The notes beneath the pieces were generated by a model, which was not told the origin of the DNA, did no database searches, and was given only the letters and a program-made list of their open reading frames with translations. From positions 4,160,001 through 4,224,000 of the forward strand of contig OY759316.1 of NCBI GenBank assembly GCA_963662275.1: a DNA stretch of 64,000 nt, given 5' to 3'. Origin of the DNA: Candidatus Cloacimonadales bacterium. GTDB lineage: Bacteria > Cloacimonadota > Cloacimonadia > Cloacimonadales > DAONDQ01. A program made the position numbers and the translations under genes. Of this stretch, positions 56,285-64,000 are shown piece by piece (the first letter of the stretch is position 1; every line of letters begins with the position of its first letter).

Positions 56285-56911
56285 TTGAGAATCGTGGAAT
56301 CTAATTTCATTAAAAGTGCAATCAAACCCTCACAATATCCAGAGGATACATGTGCAGACATTGCCTTTGCCGGGAAATCAAATGTAGGAAAATCATCTTT
56401 TATCAATACCCTGACAGGTAGAAAACTCCTGGCAAAAACTAGTAATACACCAGGGAAAACACGATTATTGAATTTCTTTCGGATTCGCTATAAATTTGAT
56501 GCCTATGAAGAAACAGGTTTTCTGAACTTCGTTGATTTACCCGGTTACGGTTATGCTAAAGTTCCTATCAGTGAAAAAGAAGCATGGAAAACGATGGTCT
56601 CTGACTATGTTAAGCAAAGAAAGAACTTGATGGGATTCATAGTCCTGGTAGATATTCGTCATCCTGCTGATCCCAAGGATATCATCCTTTTAGAATTATT
56701 AAAACAGGAATCGATTCCTTTCTGTGTTTGCGCCACGAAATCCGATAAGATCGGGAAAACAAAGTTGGCTGCAACCCTTGCCGCATTGAGAAAAGACCTT
56801 GGCATTGCCCCAGCTCCTATTTTTGCCATTTCCTCCCTGGAAAAGAGTGGTATTGAACCAGTACTGGAATGGATGTATGCCTGTTTAACCATTTATCATC
56901 AAGATCATTAG
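56285..56911 (+). CDS. engB: Ribosome biogenesis GTPase EngB/YihA/YsxC
   Basis: GKSNVGKSS, TSNTPGKT, DLPGYG, TKSDK. Confidence 0.95.
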   Translation: MRIVESNFIKSAIKPSQYPEDTCADIAFAGKSNVGKSSFINTLTGRKLLAKTSNTPGKTRLLNFFRIRYKFDAYEETGFLNFVDLPGYGYAKVPISEKEAWKTMVSDYVKQRKNLMGFIVLVDIRHPADPKDIILLELLKQESIPFCVCATKSDKIGKTKLAATLAALRKDLGIAPAPIFAISSLEKSGIEPVLEWMYACLTIYHQDH

Positions 56912-56920
56912 GATAATACA

Positions 56921-58780
56921 TTGCGCTGCCAATATGATGTGATCGTAATCGGTGCTGGTCATGCCGGTATCGAAGCAGCTCTTGCTTCTTCACGAATGGG
57001 TGCTAAGACAGCCATGTTCGTCATTAAACTGGAGAGTATTGGCAGAATGTCCTGTAACCCATCTATTGGTGGACCTGCAAAGGGACACCTGGCTCGTGAA
57101 ATTGATGCTTTAGGTGGAGAGATGGGATATGCTGCGGATTTGAGCGGTATCCAATTCAAAATGCTTAACCGGACAAAAGGACCAGCCGTCTGGGCTCCCA
57201 GGTCTCAAAATGATAGGCAATTATACTCACTAATTATGCGCCAGTCTGTCGAAAACATAGCAAATCTGCATATCATAGAATCTACCATCTCGAGTCTTAT
57301 TTTCAATACGGCAATGAATCAGGTAATTGGCGTTATCTCCAATATCGGTAAAGAATATCATGCACCTAAGGTAATCATTTGCAGCGGTACATTCTTACGT
57401 GGCTTGATCCATGTGGGTGCCATTTCCTACAGTGGTGGACGATCCGGGGAACCTGCAGCAGACCAGTTGACAGAATCACTCCTGAAGTGTGGTATAAAAG
57501 TCAGACGTTTTAAGACGGGTACTCCACCCCGAATTGATATTCGTACCTTAGATTTGTCAAAGATGGAAGTTCAGCCAGGGGATGAACCAACAAGTGGATT
57601 TTCCTATTACAGAGATGTGAAACTAGTGAACAAAGTTCTTTGCTGGCTTACCTATACAACAGAAAAAACACATGAGATCATTAGGGAAAACTTGACTCAA
57701 TCAGCATTATATGGAGGATATATCAAAGGTGTTGGACCACGGTATTGTCCTTCCATTGAAGACAAAATTGTTAAATTCCCTGCTAAGGAAAGACACCAGA
57801 TCTTTATCGAACCTGAAGGAACAGAGACTTGTGAAGGGTATGTAAATGGTATTTCCACGAGTTTACCACCCTGGGTTCAGGAGCAGGCACTCCATTCGAT
57901 ACCAGGTTTGGAAAAAGCCAGATTAATGCGTTATGCCTATGCGATAGAGTATGATTGTGTTGCAACAGAAGAAATTAAAGCAACGCTGGAAACCAAAAAA
58001 GTGAAGGGACTCTATCTTGCTGGTCAGATCAATGGTACATCAGGCTATGAAGAAGCTGCCAGCCAGGGTTTGATTGCCGGCATAAATGCAGTTTTGTCTT
58101 TGGATAAACAGGAACCGTTTGTGTTGGATCGATCTCAAGCCTATATCGGAGTATTGATAGACGATTTGATTACAAAAGGTACAGAAGAGCCGTATCGAAT
58201 GTTTACTTCCAGGGCAGAATATCGTCTATGGCTTCGACAGGATAACGCAGACGAGAGATTAATGCCCATTGGCAGAAAGTTAGGCTTGGTGGATGAAACT
58301 CGCTGGAATCGCCTCCAAAGGCAGTTGAAGATCAAGGAAAGGGTCATGGCGGAGTTGAAGGAGATGACTTCGATAAAACATGAGAATCTGTCTGAACCAA
58401 TGCGTTTGTACCAGATATTGAAAAGACCGGAAATTACTTTCCAGGATCTTCCAAGTTATGGATACACTATCCCACTTGATTTGGATGAAGATCTTCAAAC
58501 TCGAATTACCCTGGAATGTAAATATGAAGGTTATCTGAAAAGGCAATTAGCAGATATCGATAAATTTGAACACTGGGAACATGTGGAGATTCCTCCAAAA
58601 TTGAACTTCATGAAGATAGATTCCGTTTCTTATGAAGCCAGGGAAAAATTGCAGCGTCTGAATCCGACGAATATTGGACAGGCAATGCGTATTTCTGGAG
58701 TAAATTATCCGGATATATCTGCTATACTGATTTACCTGAAAAAGAAGAAATACCTTTCAGGGGGAGATATCGAATCATGA
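56921..58780 (+). CDS. mnmG: tRNA uridine-5-carboxymethylaminomethyl modification enzyme MnmG/GidA
   Basis: GAGHAGIEAA, MSCNPSIGG, KTGTPPR, PRYCPSIEDK, GQINGTSGYEEA. Confidence 0.98.
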   Translation: MRCQYDVIVIGAGHAGIEAALASSRMGAKTAMFVIKLESIGRMSCNPSIGGPAKGHLAREIDALGGEMGYAADLSGIQFKMLNRTKGPAVWAPRSQNDRQLYSLIMRQSVENIANLHIIESTISSLIFNTAMNQVIGVISNIGKEYHAPKVIICSGTFLRGLIHVGAISYSGGRSGEPAADQLTESLLKCGIKVRRFKTGTPPRIDIRTLDLSKMEVQPGDEPTSGFSYYRDVKLVNKVLCWLTYTTEKTHEIIRENLTQSALYGGYIKGVGPRYCPSIEDKIVKFPAKERHQIFIEPEGTETCEGYVNGISTSLPPWVQEQALHSIPGLEKARLMRYAYAIEYDCVATEEIKATLETKKVKGLYLAGQINGTSGYEEAASQGLIAGINAVLSLDKQEPFVLDRSQAYIGVLIDDLITKGTEEPYRMFTSRAEYRLWLRQDNADERLMPIGRKLGLVDETRWNRLQRQLKIKERVMAELKEMTSIKHENLSEPMRLYQILKRPEITFQDLPSYGYTIPLDLDEDLQTRITLECKYEGYLKRQLADIDKFEHWEHVEIPPKLNFMKIDSVSYEAREKLQRLNPTNIGQAMRISGVNYPDISAILIYLKKKKYLSGGDIES

Positions 58781-59619
58781 AACAAATGATCATATTTCTT
58801 TTACTCCTTTTCAGTTTCTTAGGATGTGCAACTAATCAGAGTAATCAACCGAAGCAAAAGGTAGAACTATCTGTTAGTACACAACAACCTATATCAACAA
58901 TCGCTCCTCAAACTACAAAACTTTCTGTCCCTGATTGGTTCATAAGCTTACCTGATGGTGACATAGAAGCGATTGGCATCGCCCATGATAAGTTATTCAA
59001 AGAAGAAGAAACAAAACAATTAGCGAAGGAGCATGCTGCCGTATTACTTTCACGGTGTCATGGTTCCTTCAATGTCAATAAACGGGCAACTTTTACCAAT
59101 GATGCTGATGCTATGGGATCAGATGAGCAATCAGCGCAATTTGAAGTAATTGTCAGTTCCGATCTGAATTATTTGAAGCAAGTAGCAGATTCATTGAAAA
59201 TCTGTGATCATTTTCGCTTACATAATTACTATATTTCCTTACTTGGCAATAAAACTGGTTCATTCAAGCCCTCGATGGTTGAAATCTCTGACGATTCTCT
59301 ACCTGTTTGGTGTAAACAAAATGCGATTCAAACCAAAGATACTGAAGTTTATTCTCTTGGTGTCGGAAAATCTGAAGATCTGATTTCTGCCTGGGATAAA
59401 GCTTATGATGCTGCCTTGAAACAGTTGGCAGGATACAAACAGACCCAAGTTTCCAGTGTTACCCAGGAAACTTATGATAATCAGTCAAAATCAGTTGCTC
59501 TTGAAACAAGCACGGTATTAGGAAATGTGAAGCCTTTAAATCATTATGTCACTTGCCAGACAAAGGAAGGATTAACGACTTATCAAGTCTGGTGTCGTCT
59601 GAAGTATCATATGGAGTAA
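58777..59619 (+). CDS. Hypothetical lipoprotein (LPP20-like, two repeats)
   Basis: Lipobox FLGC; PDWF...AIGIA...A...A and PVWC...GVG...A...A...L. Confidence 0.65.
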   Translation: MKQMIIFLLLLFSFLGCATNQSNQPKQKVELSVSTQQPISTIAPQTTKLSVPDWFISLPDGDIEAIGIAHDKLFKEEETKQLAKEHAAVLLSRCHGSFNVNKRATFTNDADAMGSDEQSAQFEVIVSSDLNYLKQVADSLKICDHFRLHNYYISLLGNKTGSFKPSMVEISDDSLPVWCKQNAIQTKDTEVYSLGVGKSEDLISAWDKAYDAALKQLAGYKQTQVSSVTQETYDNQSKSVALETSTVLGNVKPLNHYVTCQTKEGLTTYQVWCRLKYHME

Positions 59620-59621
59620 AT

Positions 59622-60353
59622 ATGAAAATTATTGCTGTTGTACCAGCTCGTTTTGCTTCCACACGTTTTCCAGGGAAAGCCCTTGCGCTTCTGAATAACA
59701 AACCAATTATTCAGCATGTTTATGAAGCTGCTATCAATGCAGGAATCTTCTCAGAAGTCATCATTGCTACAGATGATGAACGGGTTCGGGAAGCTGTCAG
59801 CCTTTTCCAGGGAGTTGTTGTGATGACATCTCCGCATCATAAAAGCGGATCAGACCGTATTGCCGAAGTGATATCAAAATTAGACTGCGATGTGGTATTT
59901 AATATCCAGGGAGATGAACCGTTTATATCCAAACAGCCGTTAGCAGATTTACGTGATGTCTTTGCAGATCCTACGGTACAAGTGGCTTCCCTAATGCATA
60001 TCATGAATGAACACAGTGAAATCAATGATCCGGGAAATGTGAAAGTGATATGTGATCGTCTTGGGAATGCTCTCTACTTTTCAAGGTCTGTTATTCCATA
60101 TGATAGAGATGGTAAATTCCCCGTTACTTATTGGAAACATATCGGTGTTTATGCCTATCTAAAAAAGACACTGATGCGATTTGTTGCTACCCCGCAAGGT
60201 ATTTTGGAAAGAATTGAATCCTTGGAGCAATTGAGATTACTGGAGAATGGAATCCAGATCAGGATGGTGAAAACAAATTACACAGGAATTGGCATTGATA
60301 CACCGGAAGATTTAGAGAAAGCGCGGGAGATACTTGTTGCTGATATCATATAG
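59622..60353 (+). CDS. kdsB: 3-deoxy-manno-octulosonate cytidylyltransferase
   Basis: VPARFASTRFPGK, SGSDR, NIQGDEP, LYFSRS.IP, HIGVY, LEQLR, IDTPEDL. Confidence 0.96.
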   Translation: MKIIAVVPARFASTRFPGKALALLNNKPIIQHVYEAAINAGIFSEVIIATDDERVREAVSLFQGVVVMTSPHHKSGSDRIAEVISKLDCDVVFNIQGDEPFISKQPLADLRDVFADPTVQVASLMHIMNEHSEINDPGNVKVICDRLGNALYFSRSVIPYDRDGKFPVTYWKHIGVYAYLKKTLMRFVATPQGILERIESLEQLRLLENGIQIRMVKTNYTGIGIDTPEDLEKAREILVADII

Positions 60354-60478
60354 GTCTGAGGGAAAGGAAGCTCTTTAATCTCCATCTTGTCTTGACATAT
60401 TTCATCACATTATTCATAAATGATATAACCGTTTAAACTTATCTCTTTCAAATACACCCCCTCTTCGCTCCTTCATTA

Positions 60479-60580
60479 TTCCAATCTTATTCTAATCTCT
60501 TACCTATCCCATACCAATCTCATACCTGTTTCACGAAACAGGAATGAAACAGGATTGAAACAGGATTGAAATTAGTATAA
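60479..60580. repeat. 11-bp-period inverted array (family B, longest copy)
   Basis: ttccaatctta ttctaatctct tacctatccca taccaatctca tacctgtttca c gaaacaggaat gaaacaggatt gaaacaggatt gaaattagtat. Confidence 0.85.
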
Positions 60581-60786
60581 TATATGAGGTTCTCTTTTTA
60601 GTTCAGTAAGCTGATGTTGTTTGATTTGAGCGGGCTAATTATAGTTACAATTTCTGAACGTCTCCTTGAATCGAGATTGTTCAGAAGTTTGAATCGAGAA
60701 AAGTATCCCTCCAGATTAACCTTGACATATATATGACAATAACTTATTTAAGTGAAATGCTTTGTAAATATCAACTGGAGGTTACA

Positions 60787-62337
60787 ATGAAGATTAGGTT
60801 ACTTTTTATTATTCTGTTAGGTATACTGCTATCCTTATCTCTCACATCTTGTTTTGATACAAGCACTGACTCCAACAACAACACAGATGTAAGTGCCGCC
60901 AATGTCATAGCCCGGCAAGGTATGGATTTGCTAAACAATGAAATCACCAGGCTTAATAATACTGAACCAAGCCCAAACATGCAGAGTGTGTTACCCACAG
61001 CGACATATAATGTGATTAAAGCGAAATTTACGCAAGCTCTTGAAAGTGATTCCGATAATCCCATGGCAAATGTAGGTCTCGCAATTCTGGATATTGTCGA
61101 TTTGAACTATGATAACGAACTATGGTCATTATATGAAGATGTGGATAGTCTTAGTGCTGGTGATAAGGGATTTTTAAATAATCAGTTCGGTTTCTTAGCC
61201 AATTCACCCACTGTTTTGTTTAAATCATTCCAGATGTCGAGATCAAATCCTCTTTCCATTATGCGTTTCCAGAATTTCGTAAAGAATTCTGTCATTCCTC
61301 GTTTGGATAATGCCAAACAAAGACTCACCAATGCTATTAACCTGGCAGAAAGTGATTCAATCCTAGTGAATACAGGTGAAGAAAATTTAGTGATTAATGC
61401 GGGAGAGATCTATGCTTTCAAAGCAGAAGTTGAATTATTTACTGCAGCCTTCCAAATGATGACGGCATATGATTGGGATATGATTGACCAACAGCATAGT
61501 TATCAATGGATAACGGATATGCAGAATATAATAGGACAGGAATATGACAGCAATGATGCTTTTGCTTATGATATCAGTAACGATGTATTAACGATTAAAT
61601 ACTGGGATCATGATTTGAACGATGCCGATGTGAAACAGCAGGAAAAAGCAGCTAAAATATTGAAATATAATATTGATAGTAATCCGAGCTTTGCCACATT
61701 GACCAGTCAATCGAGTTTGGCTTCAGCTAAAGCTAATATCCAGGCAGCAATCCAAGATGTGCAGGATGGTATGGATCATATTCTTGCTGAGACAGGTCCC
61801 CAAACAAATCACGTTATCAAGATTCAGAATATCTTAGATATGAATTCAGATATTGCAAATCACGATCCAGATGCACCTCAATTCATGCACGACTGGAATA
61901 GTGTTTCAGATGTCGTGACGTGGTTGCAAGGCATTTTTAACGCACCTTATACAACAACAGTCAATGATGTCTCCGTAACCATCGATGTCAGTGCTTATTT
62001 CAACGGCAACCTGGATGATCTCAGGGATGTTCAGCCCTATTCACAGTGGAATAACGTCAGTTCATCATGGATTGTCAATACACTTAGTTGGGATTACCAT
62101 TGGTATAATACGTCAAATTATACTTTTACTTATCTTGGACAAGAGTTTACTCCAATAGGGACATATCATACGATTCATTTTATGTATTATGATAAAACTG
62201 TTGAAGTTGGTCACCTAACCAATGGACCTTCAGGTACTGAAATCGGTCATGACGAACAACCATATTTTCCCGATTATACATTCAAAGGGCTATTTCCCGG
62301 TATGACCAGGGCGAAATTGATCAGTCTTAGTGATTAA
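60787..62337 (+). CDS. Hypothetical helical lipoprotein
   Basis: GGAGG RBS; lipobox LTSC; ends FPDYTFKGLFPGMT. Confidence 0.75.
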   Translation: MKIRLLFIILLGILLSLSLTSCFDTSTDSNNNTDVSAANVIARQGMDLLNNEITRLNNTEPSPNMQSVLPTATYNVIKAKFTQALESDSDNPMANVGLAILDIVDLNYDNELWSLYEDVDSLSAGDKGFLNNQFGFLANSPTVLFKSFQMSRSNPLSIMRFQNFVKNSVIPRLDNAKQRLTNAINLAESDSILVNTGEENLVINAGEIYAFKAEVELFTAAFQMMTAYDWDMIDQQHSYQWITDMQNIIGQEYDSNDAFAYDISNDVLTIKYWDHDLNDADVKQQEKAAKILKYNIDSNPSFATLTSQSSLASAKANIQAAIQDVQDGMDHILAETGPQTNHVIKIQNILDMNSDIANHDPDAPQFMHDWNSVSDVVTWLQGIFNAPYTTTVNDVSVTIDVSAYFNGNLDDLRDVQPYSQWNNVSSSWIVNTLSWDYHWYNTSNYTFTYLGQEFTPIGTYHTIHFMYYDKTVEVGHLTNGPSGTEIGHDEQPYFPDYTFKGLFPGMTRAKLISLSD

Positions 62338-63691
62338 ATTCATTTTCAATCGAAGAACATTTATCATGATTGGAATACACCTTCTGGTGTATTCCAATTT
62401 TTTGTATGCTGATCTGACCGAGAAGCAATTCCAATATGATGATAATTATCTTCCCAGAGATAGAAGTTATTCGAGTGCCCAGTATAAGGATATCTATCGA
62501 TGCCATGATGTGATCAATCCTGGTGGATATATTCTTGCCTATGAATACGTAGTGGGAGCTGGTTCCAGGATTGGGAATTTTTACTTGGACATTTCTTATC
62601 GACGCAATATGTTAAATGGAAAAATAGATAACCTGGCAGAAATGAAAGATGCCGTACAATTTAAATACACAGAAGAATCTACCAAAATTTCAGGGTTGAC
62701 AAAACTCGGAAAAAGTCTTGTTACTGTATCTGTTTTTGCAGGCTATACGCCCGGGCTGGAATTAAGTTTTCAAAGACAGTTCGGTAATTTCTTATGCAAA
62801 GGTCTTGCCTCCTATCTGGAAGATCAAGCCAATATCTCATATGATGTGAAGAATGATGATGGAGCCATACCATTTAACTGGTCTAAGCAGACTTTTGAAG
62901 GAAACATTAGTACAGATAAGACAAAATCAGGTATCCGATATACTTTCTGGTTACCAGGAGCAGGAATAGATCAATTTGATAATCGGTTATATTTACAGGA
63001 TATGTTGATTCAAAATACGTTCGAGCTAACAAAGACTATTCAGACCAGTTTATCTGCCAGATATCGGGAATTCTCAGGGAAACTTATTTATTCAGAAGGA
63101 ATATACAGCAAAATTGACAATTTGCAGATGATGGATTTTCATTTCAGCATAAAAAAGCAATCAACACATTCTGTATTTACTTTCGGAAGCGATTATTATC
63201 AAACATGGTCTGGTTCAGATAGTTACTTTGATATATGGCCTTTTACTGCCTGGGATATGTTTCTAGCTAGTCGAACAAGACTGAAACAACTCAACATTGA
63301 TTGTCTAGTTCCAGAAGTATGTTATGAGTATAGTAATTTAATCAGGATCGGTAATGTGGAAATTTCATATAGGCTTGGATCAGAATACCATCATATTTTT
63401 CACCAGGAAGAAATTGAAATTAAAAATCGAGTGGTAGTCCTTTATCCTTTTTTATTTGGTTATGATACATATCATTATCAAGTTAAAAATCTGGATGGGT
63501 ATTTTGTCATACCATTGAAATCTGATATCTATGCTGGACATTTCACAATTACTGCAAAAGTAACACAAATGATTCCGATACATTGGAAAACAGCTATGCA
63601 AACACCATCTTCTCATGAACCCTCTGCTGCAAATAAAAAAAGCGAGTGGGGCGGAACCTTTTATGGATTGACTATCTCGTTTCCGTACTAA
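62330..63691 (+). CDS. Hypothetical protein, probable outer-membrane beta-barrel
   Basis: Signal-like N-terminus; alternating aromatic/hydrophobic strands; C-terminus GGTFYGLTISFPY; overlaps upstream lipoprotein gene. Confidence 0.6.
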   Translation: MIKFIFNRRTFIMIGIHLLVYSNFLYADLTEKQFQYDDNYLPRDRSYSSAQYKDIYRCHDVINPGGYILAYEYVVGAGSRIGNFYLDISYRRNMLNGKIDNLAEMKDAVQFKYTEESTKISGLTKLGKSLVTVSVFAGYTPGLELSFQRQFGNFLCKGLASYLEDQANISYDVKNDDGAIPFNWSKQTFEGNISTDKTKSGIRYTFWLPGAGIDQFDNRLYLQDMLIQNTFELTKTIQTSLSARYREFSGKLIYSEGIYSKIDNLQMMDFHFSIKKQSTHSVFTFGSDYYQTWSGSDSYFDIWPFTAWDMFLASRTRLKQLNIDCLVPEVCYEYSNLIRIGNVEISYRLGSEYHHIFHQEEIEIKNRVVVLYPFLFGYDTYHYQVKNLDGYFVIPLKSDIYAGHFTITAKVTQMIPIHWKTAMQTPSSHEPSAANKKSEWGGTFYGLTISFPY

Positions 63692-63940
63692 TCTATTATC
63701 CCTTTTAACAGGTAAGTGACTAAGAGGATGTGAATTAAGCTGGATTCTATGAATATCCATATATATTCAACAGGGATTGATATTCTAGACTATTCGCACA
63801 TTATGTTTATTCTATTTGCATTATTCTGATTATGATTTATTTTATACTATTATTCTAAGTGAAATAAACTAAAAATAGAATAATATACGAAAAAGTCGAA
63901 ATGTTAAAAGTATTTGCGTGTAGGGGAATCAATAAATTTA

Positions 63941-63968
63941 TTGACAGAAAACGTTTCTGTAATATAGT
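63941..63968 (+). promoter_or_regulatory. Sigma70-type promoter for a gene beyond the window
   Basis: TTGACA, 16 bp spacer, TATAGT. Confidence 0.5.
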
Positions 63969-64000
63969 GAGTTTGTTATTCAAAAATAAAAAAAATTAGC

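Noticed and set aside
1..64000. tRNA/rRNA genes and autonomous IS elements
   Set aside because: No cloverleaf, rRNA-like or transposase sequences recognised by eye; tRNAscan-SE/Infernal would be needed to exclude them

Overview
Bacterial chromosomal window spanning the replication origin. Gene content (FlgD/T9SS-type C-terminal domain proteins, LptE/LolA/KdsB) suggests a diderm FCB-group organism such as Cloacimonadota; this is an inference. 1-10.2 kb: minus-strand housekeeping and envelope genes (purQ/purS/purB, psd-like, lgt, etfB, DegT aminotransferase, SLBB export protein, epimerase, ThrE pair) plus an unannotated four-helix-bundle pseudogene. 10.6-33.3 kb: a ~23 kb minus-strand cluster of seven secreted modular proteins (FN3, cleaved-adhesin, GEVED, M6 protease domains). 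34.5-64 kb: mostly plus-strand core genes including dnaA, a downstream oriC (DnaA boxes plus a DnaA-trio-like unwinding element), two parS sites, surA, def/fmt, degP, ftsK, lolA, mnmG and kdsB. Intergenic DNA carries at least four small-repeat families. Best candidate for a new system: two large secreted proteins end in an FN3-like domain that appears to lack its last (G) strand, and the adjacent 222-aa secreted protein begins with that strand motif (AESTPSAVVG). This suggests docking by in-trans donor-strand complementation. All family assignments are by eye from motifs; no database search was run.
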